A DNA stretch of 64,000 bases, taken from positions 23,622,001-23,686,000 of the forward strand of contig OX597836.1 of the NCBI GenBank assembly GCA_951406725.2. The letters run 5' to 3'. The DNA is from Octopus vulgaris (lineage: Eukaryota). Below the pieces are notes generated by a model that saw nothing but the letters and a program-made list of their open reading frames with translations, searched no databases and was not told the origin of the DNA. Below are positions 40,160 to 54,406 of the stretch, piece after piece. How positions within the stretch are numbered: the stretch's first letter is position 1; each line of letters opens with the position of its first letter. A program made the translations under genes and the position numbers.

Positions 40160-40960
40160 GTTTCACCAGGCTATTGATACCTGGGGCTTTATTGTCATGA
40201 GCGTGTATAACCACGAGTTATTGTTTGTTTTCGTCTAACGACGGATCTACTTCTATGAGTGCAACCAATGTCCAGCACTTACCTTTCTACATTCATTTTC
40301 TTCCCTAAGTAGGACTTGAAAAAGTTGATGAAAAGCTTCAGCTTTTTAACCGTGTCAACCAACTGAAGACTGTCCGCTCCTGCAAAAGAAAGGCAGAGGT
40401 TCGTACTTCACGATAGACTCGGTTAATAGCCGGGCCCACCTAGCATCTGACATTAGCCATTTGACATAACAACAAATTTCAACAGTATAAGCGCATCACG
40501 GACAGTTTCTGTTGCTCGCGATTCTGGCTTGACTTTACCGGTAGAACTTATCGAGAATAGGGAAAGCACTACAAAGTTTTCTTGTGAAAATTGCCTATAA
40601 TTCCCGATCTGAATGCCTTCCTGAAGACTTTCCTCGTCGACAAGTAGAAATCGTCCTAAACTATCCTCGCCTGTATCATTTTCTAACCTCTACACATGCA
40701 AAGTTTCGCTACCCATTGGCCAGATAGTTCACCTACTAGTGTGCATTAAGTGCCCGGTAATATTGCAGATGACAAAAGCCCAGCATCGGTCTGTGAAAGA
40801 CCCAGTGCCTGGTAATAGCAACAAAATGCAAATTTACATGTCGCAAACAGTGATCGTTCCTGCTTACTTACGTTGCCAAAGAATCTCTGTAAAAATGTAT
40901 CAGTCTCCGCAAGATGTTTTGCAATGGATCTTCTGAGCAGTGGAACCTGTATCAACCACA
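40160..40960 (-). mobile_element. Decayed Tx1/L1-like ORF2 3' end
   Basis: rc ETVRDAL, ESIVK, INFFKSYLGKKMNVER; short 3' UTR with hairpin ccagg/cctgg. Confidence 0.6.
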
Positions 40961-41012
40961 GATAACAAAAACTCACAAATGTTAAATGTAAGGGTCAGGC
41001 AGTAGAATACTA

Positions 41013-41659
41013 GGATCTTTTCTGTTTAGTTTTTACTTTTCAATTCCTTCAATTTTGTCCCAACTGATATCAAATTTAATGTATTGATGTAGTTTTCTAT
41101 GCTAATTATGGAAAGGAAATTAATTTTTTTTGCCATAAATTAATGAATAGCTTTTTAAGTTTGCACATTTTTGATAATTTTAGCCAATCGAAAGCCAGAT
41201 ATATCGGTGATTGTTTCCATATGAACAGGCCAAACTCTTGTTTTAGTCTGCTTAGCCGTCTGTTGCTGTCCTATCCCATCACGTGTAATTTGCGTTTTCC
41301 TGATTTCACCCGTCAGTTGAACTACAGCTTGTTTCTTCGTAATGCTTCTTCCAACAGTTCACATTACTTTATTCATTAAAACTTATTAAAACTTCCGTCG
41401 TTGCATGTTTTGTCGTCGCAATATTGTCATCAGTTGTCCTAAGTTGTCATCACGTACAAAATGCCAACTTCCAAATCCTGCTTTCTAATTGGGTAAAAAT
41501 TATCAAATTTTAAACCCGTGTAATATGTTGCTAAAAGTTTTCTAGAACAAGTGAATAACAATATCAGATTCGGTGTGAAAAATTACAACACTATACCAAA
41601 TTTGAAAATTTTCATTTAATTTTAAAATTTCAAGACGTGAAGCCGAACAGAAAAGATCC
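41013..41659. mobile_element. MITE with GGATCTTTTC termini
   Basis: ggatcttttctgtt ... aacagaaaagatcc; flanks gaatacta / gaatacag (imperfect 8-bp TSD). Confidence 0.75.
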
Positions 41660-41936
41660 GAATACAGTCGATATTGACTTTATTTAGATATGTCTCCCGA
41701 CTTCCTGTGAAAGCTTCCTCTTAGCAGCCCTATTTACCACGCAGTTTTTAACCATGTTGAGGCCTGTTTCGAAACAGATCTCAAACATCTTAACTGGGCC
41801 CTAGGTTCAGAATGCACTTGCCCCTCTTAATATCGAGTCCAAAGTTTTCTGGTGTCCGATTAATGCATGATTAATGCGCGCGCGTGTATACTCACATGCA
41901 GAAACATGTATGAATTTGAGAGAGAGAGATTAATTG

Positions 41937-41994
<58 letters not shown>

Positions 41995-42697
41995 GTAGAT
42001 AGGTAGGTAGGTAGGTTGGTAGAGAGAAGGCGAGGGAGCGAGAGACAGAGAGAGAGAGAAAGAGAGAAATTAGTAGATAAATAGATGGGAAGATAGGGAT
42101 AGAGGGAGAGGGAGCGAGAGAGAGAGAAAGAGAAAGAGAGGGAGTGAGAGGAGCGAGAGAAAGAGAAAGAGAGAGAGGGAGAGGGAGCGAGAGAGAAAGA
42201 AAGAGAGAGAGATTAATTGATATAGATACATAGACAGACAGGTAGGTAGACAGAGAGGGAGGGAGAGTGAGAGAGAGAAAAAGAACGAGTGAAGAAAGAG
42301 ACCAGAAAGAGAGAGGAAATGAGAGAATAAGGGAATAAGGAAATGTCTTAAAAGCAACACACCGAGTGTGTAGCGTGAACAGTTGGAGTTGTGTGAAGGG
42401 ATAGGTGGTGGTGGTGGTGGTGGTGGTGATGGTATGGCTCAGTGAAGAATGGACAGGTAAAGAGGGATGGTGACGACGAAGAGGCAGTTATAAAAGGGAA
42501 AGGTCTCGTGTGGATATCAATTCAAAGGAGAAAAAGGAAAAGGCGAGGATAGTAAAAAAGGAACGAGTTGCTAAATATATTTCTGACAAAACACTACCCA
42601 AGATATTTGTTCATGTCTGCATGTGTTTGAGAGATTGCTTATTTGTATATGTGTATGTATGCGGCGGCGCGCGTGTGTGTCTGTTTGTGCGTGCGTA

Positions 42698-42739
<42 letters not shown>

Positions 42740-42754
42740 CGTGTGTGTGTATGC

Positions 42755-42787
<33 letters not shown>

Positions 42788-43476
42788 TGTGTGTGTGTAT
42801 GTGTATGTGTGTGTGTGTGTGTGTGTGTGCTGCATGTCTGACTGTTTAATTCATTGTATGCGATTTTGCTTGATGTGTGTATCCTTTATGTGTTCGAGAG
42901 TTTGCAGAGAGACATGAGCGTGTCTTTCTTTATGTTCTTGTATGTGTGATGTATGTATATCTCTATTTGTGAGTGAGTGTATATATGTAGGTAGGCCCGT
43001 CTCCATTGGCAGTATGTGTCTGTGTATTGTATTTCTTTATAGCAACATCTGTGTTCATCGGAGCATGTCGGTGTTTATCTTTTGGCGTATGTATGTGTTT
43101 CGGCGAGTGTTTCTAAAGTTATATGTGTTTGATGTTTGTATCTGTCTGTATTTATTTGTAGTTTGTATATATTTCTGTGTAAATGCGGTTTTTTCAAAAA
43201 AAAAAACAAAAAAAAACTATATTGTGTTTGTACGCTCGTGCGTGTATTTGTGTTTATGTGTAAGGGATCGCATGTGTTTGTGTATATGCGTGCGTGTTTG
43301 TGTGTATGTATGTATGAGTGTCTGTAAAGTATTGAAAGCCGTATTTTAGAAGCGAGTGAACACATGGTGAAAAAGCATCAACTACGGCTGTATGGTTGAG
43401 ATATTAACTTCTCTGCCATATTAAGATCCAGATTCAATCCAACGGAGAGGTACTTGGGTGGAAAGTGTCTTACTAA

Positions 43477-43531
<55 letters not shown>

Positions 43532-44038
43532 CATACACACACACATACACAGACACACACACACACAGACACACACACACACACACGCATACACGCGCAT
43601 GCACACACACTCGCACATGCGCGTACATGTAGATATATAAATATGTGTGAATATGTGTACATTCTTCAGTTCGCGTTACCCATAGTGATCGAGGCCATGC
43701 TGGAGTACCATCTTTTTGTGTGCATATATCTCTCGTCGTTGTAAACATCGGCGAGAAAACCGAAAAACCGATACTTTCCGATTGGACTTTCTTGAGATAG
43801 TTGTTCTGCAGCGAATTACATAGACACTCCCTTCTCACTCTTGCAGCTGGATATGCAGTGATCCACTGGTTTAGTTCACTAGAAATTTGTGACAAACGAC
43901 GCTATTGTTGATCAGTTGCGATTTAAATGCAAACTTATATGAGTCTTTTGTATGGAAAAATTATAAACCCCGATTTCTTTCACACACACACACACACCCG
44001 AGCGTGCACGTGCCCAAAGTATAAGATAATGTAATATG

Positions 44039-44116
<78 letters not shown>

Positions 44117-44265
44117 CATGCATGTGTAAGTGTGTGTGTCTACGTGCGCGCGCGAGTGTCTGCGTTTGATAAGTGCTAACGCACGGATCTCTCGGGTACT
44201 TGAGTCACTCTACTGGTTCTGCTTAAGAATAATAGTAATGATAATAATAATAATAATAATAATAT

Positions 44266-44350
<85 letters not shown>

Positions 44351-44419
44351 TACTTGCATACACACACATACATCATATATAGGTCTGTATGTTTGTATGA
44401 ATGTATATATATATATAAT

Positions 44420-45064
44420 TCTACTCTTCGTTCTTTCGTTTCCCCCCTCTCACATTTCCCTGCCTTCTCTTCTTGCTCACTTTCCCTCCTCTTTTCACTT
44501 CACTGTCTCCCTGTCATTTTTTTCTCACCCCTCCTTAATTCTTCTGTCCCTCTGCCTCTACTTCTATCTCTTCTCTCCCCACGTGACCGGTGTTCGGCCA
44601 AGCCTGATCTTTCTTTCTTTGTTCGGCCGTCATCCGTGCAACATCTATATTCCTCCCTGTACCTGTGATACCATATATCCCTGCCGTAAGGCTTTATTTC
44701 CATATACGCCAGCTTAATTTAATTCGTCCTTAGTCGAAAGACACCTGTTGTTATGTCCTGTTATTTATATTTGTGTAACATTCTCTGTTTTTTTTCGGTC
44801 CGTGCTTTCGTATACTTCGCTGCTTTCTTCCAAGGAATCTAATGCTCTTAGCTTAGTTTTTCCTTGGGGCTGGCCAGATTGGAACAATCTCGAGTATAAA
44901 CAGCTGAAATTGTAAAGATAATCTGGAACTCTACTGAGGAAAGAAAACTCTGAATGACACGTCCTTGTTTTCTTTGTATCGTATATCTGGGTGTTTTGTT
45001 GTCCCCTTTTCCCCTTTTTGTATCACCTAGCAGTCTAGATATTTTGCGTTCTTGTTCCATTTTG

Positions 45065-45065
<1 letters not shown>
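44420..45065 (+). mobile_element. Penelope-like pseudo-LTR fragment
   Basis: Pyrimidine-rich pLTR-like sequence between (TA)/(CA) tracts; contains rearranged hammerhead. Confidence 0.55.
44874..44943 (+). ncRNA. Rearranged hammerhead-like motif
   Basis: CCAGAUU-gga-ACAAU-C-UCGAGU...CU-GAA-AUUGU...AAUCUGG-a-ACUCUA-CUGAGGA. Confidence 0.65.
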
Positions 45066-45133
<68 letters not shown>

Positions 45134-45404
45134 ATTTAATAGCAGTTTAATAACAGCTCTATGCACCTATCTCGTCAGACATCATGAGAAGCGTGAAGGA
45201 ATATGGGACAAATTCAAGATCGTTTCTAGATTGTAGGTCTCTTTTGGTCAACTATCAACATGGTATCATTGGCCGGGACTTTGACCTGCCGAAAGATTTT
45301 GCGGTTGGTAATGTGTCATCTCTACGCTCATTTATGGCTCAGAAACTTGGGCATCGTGCAGGAAGCAAGGCAAGCTGCTAAAACGCTAAAACGCTTCCAT
45401 CATA

Positions 45405-45507
<103 letters not shown>

Positions 45508-45708
45508 ATAATAAGATAATGAGATTCAAATGGTCGTGGTAAAAACAGTTTGTTTGCCACTAGCATAAACATTGCTGGTCTAGAAAACACAAATAACTAA
45601 CATCCCGTTTAGTATTATGACATTTCCACTATGGCGCCGTTTTCCAGCTTTATAACTGTATAGGGAAAACATTAATCACATACATACATACACACACACA
45701 TACGTACA

Positions 45709-47598
45709 TTGCTGCTATAGAGAAACGCACAAAGACATGGACAACAATTCTTAACCCTTACATATGAGAACAGAATAATTGTTTCTGATAGTATAGGCAT
45801 TTCAAAAGGAATATTCCAGGGAGATAGTCTTTCTGTACTTTTTAACATTTTGGCACTGAATCCATTATTATTCCAACTGCAGAAAACCAATGGCTACACG
45901 CTAGGATCTTCAACTGCTAGAAATATCAATGTAACTCATAATTTCTAAGTAGACGATCTCAAGATTTATGCTAAAAGTGTTAACAATGCCAAAAAACAAC
46001 TGGATTTAATAACATTTTCAGCTGATATAAGCATGGACTTTAGTCAAAAGAAATGTTCATATTTGGTTATAGAACGAGCAAAGTCAGTCCACCAAACTCA
46101 AAACCTGTGCATCAACGGTCTCTCTATCTCCCCCATTCCAGACAAAGAATGTTACAAATACCTTGGCATAGATGAAAATGTATAAAGTGAATAAAGATAG
46201 AGTGACCCGATAATGTTACACCATACTTAGGAAAATATGGCAGTCGGAACTCTCCTCTCACAACAAAACATTATCCCACAATGCATTTGCAGTACTAATG
46301 TTGATCCCAACATTTGGGATACTTATTGGTCTGTAGAGGAAATCCACTCCATAGATATCAAAACCCGCAAAATCCTGACAACTGGGAACTTCCACAGAAA
46401 CAGAGATGTTGACAGGCTCTACCTAAGAAGAAATGAAGGTGGTAGAGGTTTGAGATCGGGGCAGACGGTCTTCGAATGCCGTATGGTATCATTCAAGCTG
46501 CACCCAATGAACAACAGCAGCAAAAAGAAATATATTAATGCAGTACTGAAAAGTGAAGTGAGCAACATCGTAGGAGTAGGCAGTGAACTCCTCAAGAAAC
46601 ACTGCCTGATGATCTCTTATACAGCCCCAAAACAGCTGGACTCTCTTACCTCAGAGAAGACCTGGATGAAAAGCACTCAGCATACAAAAAAAAAAAAAAA
46701 AAAGACCATGCATAGGTATGTTGCTCGGAAGCTTGGAGAAGACAGTAGAATTGACACAAAGCGCAGCCTCTCTTGGACGCAAGACCACTACATCACATCA
46801 CACTTTGAAGGCTATGAGTTTGCAATCCAGGAATAGGGGATTGCCACAAAGTACCTGGTGAACAAGAGAGACAGTAACGCTCTTGCAATCCCAAGGTGCA
46901 ACCGCATATGTAGGCTATGTCATGTTTCTGTGGAAGACGTCACGCATGTGAATAACAGCTGTCCTAAAATGTCGTCACGGTACTACCACCTTATGCGGCC
47001 CGATGTTGTTGCTAAAACAATTTACAATGCCATCCGCAAAAAATACTGTCCTGAAATAAACTTAGAAAATCCCTCTGTTATGGAATACGTTCAAAAACGC
47101 CAACTCAAGGAATACTGGTGGAATATTCCCATCAAAACTTCTGTCAAAAGTAAACATAACAGGCGGGTTATTGTTGTTTGGGACAGAGGGGTATGTACCA
47201 TCTTAGTGGTTAGCTGCCCTGCAGATATAAATATCTCTTTGAAAATCAAAGAAAAAGAGGATATCTATGGACAACTGCTTCGAAACCTCCAGCTTCTATT
47301 TCCAGACCATGAATTCATATTCATACCAATAATAATTGGAGCACAAGGTTTTGTTAATAAATATTTAAAGGAGCATTTGGATTAACTGGGATTTTCAGAA
47401 AGAGAAATCGACCGGTTAACTCGTACATTACAAATGCATTCTATGAGTGGAACAGTAAAATATGCAAGACTTTTCTCAAGTTCCAAATGTGAATATGTCT
47501 GTGTTAACTACATCCCAAAGATGGAGCCTTGTATCTTTGTTTGAAAGCGACTCCCTCCTCAGTCGAAGATTTATGATAATTAAAAAATAGAAGAGACT
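45709..47598 (+). mobile_element. 5'-truncated R4/Dong-type non-LTR retrotransposon, decayed
   Basis: GIFQGDSLS, VDDLKIY, YKYLGI, RLYLRRNEGGRGL, CRLC..EDVTHV..SCPKM..R.DVVAK, KHNR.VIVVWD, VVSCP; both ends abut TACA/CA repeats. Confidence 0.92.
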
Positions 47599-48088
47599 AC
47601 ATAATACATACACACATACATACATGCATACATACACATACACATTTTCAAAGAAAAAACATCTTCGATCGAATTAGTTACATTTTTAAAAATGAAAGTG
47701 GTGTCGTGAGTTGTACGTCTATGCAGCATGAAAAGTTATGTTTTCAGCCGATCCGAGGAATTGCACAGCATACGGAACATACACGCACACAATATGGGGG
47801 GCCACCTTTCAGTTTGAAGACGGGGAACAGCGGAAGTTATCGATGATTATAGAATAGAAATCTACTATAATATATACCCAACAGAATGAAAGTGTAAATA
47901 AAAGTGAAGGCTTAAATAATATTATGAGTCAATATATAGCTAGATGAGTAAAAGAATAAACAATAACATGAAAATAAATTATTCAAAGAAACATCTTAAA
48001 TAGAGCGTTGGAATTATTCAGCAATCGTTTTCTCTCTTTAAGTTAGTACACGTGTATGAACATCTTTACAATATGAGAAAATCAAGTG

Positions 48089-48174
<86 letters not shown>

Positions 48175-49168
48175 CGAGAGGGAGAGAGAGAAAGAGTAAG
48201 TGAAAGTGAGGAAGAATAAATAAAATCGAATTTCAGCCTCCACAATTATTCTTTCTGGTAGCTTGCTACACGGTGACTAAAACTTTGCCTATGTGAAAGG
48301 TGGGGCAACAAACAGTCCTAAATAGAAGCAGATAAATAAAAAGCAATGTTTTAAGAATAAAATGTTATTGAGGAAGAAAAATACAAAAGTTTTTCTTCAA
48401 AATGGGTGGAATAAATGGTTTATTGCTTATTTATATTGCTTAATCTCTCTCTCTCACATACACACATAATCATCCAACCGTACATGCCCGTATACACACA
48501 TACAGCCCTTTGTAGGCATGCATGTAGGCACATATATGTGTACATACATACATGCATGCATACATACATACATATATACATACATACATACATACATACA
48601 TACATACATACATACATACATACATACATACATCTGCTCTCCATCAAGGAGAGCAGATAAAGCAGGACTAGATAGTCGAGCGATTGTTGTCCTGCAAGGA
48701 AGCCTTGGTGCCGACTACAGTAAGTTGCCTTGCCTTCTGCCCTTCCCTCAATGATAGTTGACCTCCCACTGACAATCTTATTCTAAACGTTCAAAAATAT
48801 AGAAATCTGGAGCAAAGAAGAAAACCGATCCTGCCCAGCAAGGAAGGGTAACTCTTTGTACATTGAGTCTGAATCACATTTTAACCGGATATTCTAAAGC
48901 ACTGAGGAAGGTCGATAATAGTGGAAGCCTGAGAAAGCTATTACAGAAATTACCAAATGGATGGACCTGCAGAGAGTTAAAATCTAGAAACAGCATCAAA
49001 ATTCACCACCCAAAGATGTCAATTTCATGAGGGAAGGTGATAAGTGCTTGTAGAAAGTCCAATTCCTATTCTGCAAAGAGCCTTTAACAGAAAATGAAAG
49101 TAGACCTGGAAGGAAGGCTTTTCTTTCCAGATGTGGTAGTAACATTGCTCCAGCCAGATATAATTCTT

Positions 49169-49940
49169 GGATCTTTTCTATTTGGTTGCAGCTGTGGAAA
49201 TTTCAGAGTTTATTGAAAATTTTAAAATTTGGTACATTAATGTAGCTTTCCAAGCTGAATCTCTGGAGATATTTCACTTTTTCCAGAAAATTTTTAGAGG
49301 TTTAAAGTTTGATCATTTTCATCCAGTCAGAAAACAAAATTTGGAAGCTGTCATTTTGTGCATAAGGTGTTTTAATATGAAACTGTAAATAAATCAACTT
49401 CTGCTTTACGCACGACGCCTCATCACTTTATTTTTTGAATTTTCAGAAAACTTTTGCAAATTTGCATTCTACACTCGAGAATTCATACAATTATGCAAAA
49501 AAAAAAAAAAAAAAAGAAATTGTGGGGTGCGTGATTTAAGCCCTATTTGGTTGTTATTTTTAGCATATCTCTCGACCAGGGTATAAGCACAGAACACAGC
49601 ATCGACGCTCATGGTTTCGCATAAAATATATTTGTCAACACGTGCTATCTTACAGGCAAAAGATTTGTAATTAATCGACCGGTTAATTCGTACATTACAA
49701 ATGCATTCTATGCTTGTTACTATGGAAACAGGCACCAATGTGTCTGTGGTTTACGATTAGCTAAAATTAACCAAAATTTACTAGCTTTAAAAGCTAATAA
49801 CTCTTTATTTATTGATTTATGGCGAAAATGAATTTCATGGCATTGATTAGCATATAAAACTACATCATTACACCGATTATGAAATCAATTCGAAAAGAAA
49901 TTGAAGAAATTGAAAATTGGCAACCAAATAGAAAAGGTTC
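49169..49940. mobile_element. Older MITE with GGATCTTTTC termini
   Basis: ggatcttttctatttggttg vs caaccaaatagaaaaggttc (18/20 inverted match); TSD not evident. Confidence 0.65.
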
Positions 49941-49952
49941 TTTTATCCAGGG

Positions 49953-49998
<46 letters not shown>

Positions 49999-51333
49999 CT
50001 GTTAGATTCCAATAAAATAGGCACGAAAGTGTTTCTATGAGAAAGTCTCACGGTATCCATCGCTGGAAATCGACTGCGAAATATTGCTGTTTCGTGCTTT
50101 TTAAAATATTCCATTACGATATTGTTAGAGGAAACTGAGGAGGCATTTTCAGAGACTATGATTGCACACAACCTCGATTCGTTAGCTTGGCTTTGAATAC
50201 AACTGCAGAGATACTGTTAACATCGATATTCTCTCCAAAAAGCTATCAATATGTAAGGGTTATTTTGTTTTTTTAAAGATATTTAAACGGTATCAGCAAT
50301 GAAGCTGGCAGTGCTATCAATACAATTAATAACACCACAAAAGTAATATAAACTGAAAATTATTACAAAATCTTCTGTGAAATTTGTAGAAGAAATAAAC
50401 GTATTGGGAGACGGACAGAGAGTAGCATACAACTTTGTCGAGGCACGTTGTTAAGAATCTATTCTTCTCAATCATTGTTTCAAGTTTCAATCCCAATGGA
50501 GATTTTTCAGTAGAGAATTTAATAGAGTAATCATTGTCTACATTTTCAGATTGTTGGAACATTGTTCACCCTTCCAGAAAAATACGTTCTATTGGTTGAA
50601 CAAACTGATATTCTATAATTCTTTACCAATTTAAGCATTAGGTAATATTTGTAAATATCTGCAGTTCAATATTTCATATTAAAAAAAAAAATGTTTATGC
50701 CTGTAATTATTACAAGTGAATATAGAGTAAATATAAAAAGTAACGTTTATTCAAAAGGAACCATCTGTTTGTAAAAGAAACATGTAGAAGACGTGTGTAA
50801 TGTATTATCAAGTATCAACGTTTAACATTAAGATACATCATTTGTTATAAAGATACTCCAGTCTTCTGATGAAATATTGTCTACTATTTAGTTGATTAAG
50901 TGAAGAAAAAGCTTTCATATAATAGATGAATCTCTAACTGCATCTATTAATAAGATGATCTCTGTGTAAATATTTTCTTTCACACCTGTTGGTTGTTGCG
51001 AGTATTTTCTTTCACACTAGTAAATATTTTCTGTCACCTAAGTCAATTGTTGAGTAAATATATCTTTCGAAGTAGTTGATTGTTGAATAAATATCATCGT
51101 ACGAATTCATTACGCAGTAATTTAGCGCTTTTGAAATTATATGATTGTTGGTAAATATTTACTATCAGATTTTCTGCTTAAATGTTGGTTCCCATTGTTT
51201 TATTGTCGGAAGAATATTTTCAGGTTTTCAAATTATAATGGAAACATCTAATAATAAATGGAATTTTTATGTATTCTCAAAGTTGTATTATTGTTTAAGA
51301 CAAAAAAACAACAGCTTTGTATTCTAATTGAGC

Positions 51334-51377
<44 letters not shown>

Positions 51378-52761
51378 AAGAGTGAGAAAGAGATAGAGAT
51401 AGATAGATAGGTAGATAGATAGATAGAGATAGAGATAGAAAGAGAGAGAGATGGAGAGAGAGAGAGAGAGAGAGATTTGCGACAAATTGTAAAATATCTT
51501 ATGAGTGATACCAGATATTTAACGGTTGGTAGAAAATATTCGGATTATATTTCTATAATATTTATTTAAATTTTTAGTTTTGATTAAATTTTAATTACAG
51601 CTTTATTGAATTTGATGTGATAAGTTATACTACAGATAATACGTTGCGAGTAATCGTCATCTATAACAGGAATAGCTAGAAAACACTCGCAGCTTAGAAC
51701 TTAGCTTAAGAGATCATGGCAATTAGAAGTCGGCAGGAATTATCTTGTATAAATTTCAAAGTTCTTCCTCTTTTTGAGATACATGTTAAAGAGTTCATAT
51801 AAATGAACATGACAAGGTTGAGTAGGTGTAAAGAAGCTAAAAGAATGGGCAAAATGTTGCAGTTGGAATACTTCCGGGGACATTTGATTTACTAGAAACA
51901 GATGATAAAATATATTTCTACAATATTCATTCAAAAATTAAATATCAACAACGTAGAAAAAACGTAATGAAGGGAACCACTTAAGAGGAACCCCCGAAGA
52001 CCGTGTGATCAATAGGAACAAATTGCGATGAAGGGACAGGAAACATTAAGAGCAAACGTTGTTGGTTAAAAGTCAAGAAAATATTTTAAAACTTTGATTT
52101 ACGACGTATGTGAAGATTTTAGAGCGATATCGTATTATTTATGATTATAATTTATTAAAAACTATCGACATGGTAAATGCTAAGATATTTTAAGCTGCAA
52201 ACTTAATACCAAGTTTTCTTTCGCTAACATATAGACTTTTCTTATTCTAGCAAATAGAGGAAATACATTTCTTTACACAAATTTTACCTGCAATATTAAA
52301 AAGACGAATTTGACAATTTAAGTTGTCGGAAACCACCTCCACTTTTAGAAATATAATTTTTCATATATACACGAGGTGCACCTGGCTTTATTTTTCCCGC
52401 CAAAACAAATGCCGCAAACTCCTTTTGGTAGAAGGTGACATCACCCTTCATGGGCACCGGTAGGCTGCATAACTTAGAGTACAGACATGGAGTACTGTTA
52501 CGCTTAGAGTACAGACAATGAGTGCGCTCACGTCGGATTTTCGTTTTCACCTAAGGCATCGAGTAGAGCTATTGCATCAAGTTTTGTGTGTGCGTGTGTG
52601 TGTGTTTGTGCGTGCGTGCACGCATGTATGTATGTATGTATGTATGTATGTATGTATGTATGTATGTATGTATGTATGTATGTATGTATGTATGTATGTA
52701 TGTATGTATGTATGCATGTATGTACGTGTGTGTGCATACACACACATGCACACATGCATAT

Positions 52762-52915
52762 AATGGTTTTCTGTAGCGCTCTGTCTGCCAAATTCAATCA
52801 CAAAGCTATGGTCAGCATAAAGTTATAGTGGAAGACACTAGGCCTAGGTGCCCCGTAGTGGTGTTGAAGAACACGGAACCATTCGGTTACAAGCCAAACT
52901 GCAAAACTACTCTGT
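52762..52915 (-). mobile_element. Diverged SINE family A 5' half
   Basis: ctgccaaattcaatcacaaagct...tatagtggaagacac...ggaacc. Confidence 0.6.
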
Positions 52916-52953
52916 CATTACACACACGTGGATACACACACACACATACACAC

Positions 52954-53023
<70 letters not shown>

Positions 53024-53091
53024 GGTCCTGGGTTGTGTCGGGGTTAACCACAGTTCTAGTCCTGTAGAAGCTCCTTCTATAAAATAAATAA

Positions 53092-53155
<64 letters not shown>

Positions 53156-53607
53156 CACACATACATTAATACCGTACTGTATTAAATGAATTACAAGTTT
53201 CTATACGAATTTCAAACATTATTTAATAAAAAAAACTGAGTACGCTGGGAAGATGGATAGATTTGTACATCATATTAAGATCGACAATTTAGTATTAAGA
53301 ATTAAGTGGCGCTTTGGGCTGTTTACGATGGGAAACATAGTTTGGATCCCATTCGACCTTCTACACTGTTTTATATCTGACGTTACAAGATTATTTATTT
53401 CAATTTTTTACTCATTAATTTGAAAAAAAAAAAATGGTTCGCAAGTGTTTTCATTCGATTTCGCTCTACTGAAATATTTGTTGCAGCAATTTTCTTATAA
53501 CGAGGCTCGTTCAATGGTATTTGTGTAAGATCATGAACTGTAGTTGAATAAATATTTAATTATGCAGAAGCCGCCTTTATACTGGTGTTCCTTATAAAAG
53601 AATTTTA

Positions 53608-53644
<37 letters not shown>

Positions 53645-53679
53645 ATGGAATACAGCAAGCCTTCTGATTGCGTCCGCAA

Positions 53680-54266
53680 ACCGGACTTTATCAAACAACT
53701 TCAGGAACAGGGTCTTTGGCTCAGTTCATACTGCACACTGCTATGTGAATCTACTGGAGACTATGTCAGATGCCCTGGCTAGAGATGGATGCTGCTGGAA
53801 GGCCATTTGTTGGACAGCAGAATTTGTTTCCTTCCTATAACTCCAGGAAAGGTCAGAAGTGGTTGGGTTGTCGGAGAATTTCTACTACTTCGCTAGCTCC
53901 AATTTCTAGCCTCCTAATTACCCGGCTTGTAATCCCATGGATTATTATGTGTGGGGCGCGGTTAAGAAAGACACTAACTGCTCTGCCTGCAGCACCAAGG
54001 CCAAGTTGTTGGTCAAAGAAGTGTTTGAAGCTCTTCCCGGGGACACAGAAACATTATATTGTGAGGGACACATGCGTCAAGTTCTGCAGCCGTCTTGAGG
54101 CCATGGCGGAAACTGAGTGCAGCTATTTGGAGCAAACTGTTACCTCTCAGCCATAATCTAGTTGACATTTTTTTGAATTTTAAAATTGCTTTTTATTTTT
54201 GGGACAGGGTACTGTCTTTTCTTTTCCTTTTATGCAAACTATCAAATTGAACCCGAACACCCTATG
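53680..54266 (+). mobile_element. Decayed Tc1/mariner-superfamily (maT/DD37D-like) transposase 3' part
   Basis: PWLE..AGRPFVGQQN, QKWL, *PPNYPACNPMDYYVWG (WPPNSPDLNPLDY-like); TIR-like acaccctat at the end. Confidence 0.75.
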
Positions 54267-54375
54267 GATACATACATTTATATATATGTGTGTGTATGTG
54301 TGTGTGTTGTGTGTGTGTGTATGTATGTGTGTGTGTGTATATATGTATATATATTCATATATATATATACATATA

Positions 54376-54406
<31 letters not shown>

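Noticed and set aside
48640-49140. Coding-like purine-rich stretch
   Set aside because: No sustained ORF or recognisable motif; probably an old TE
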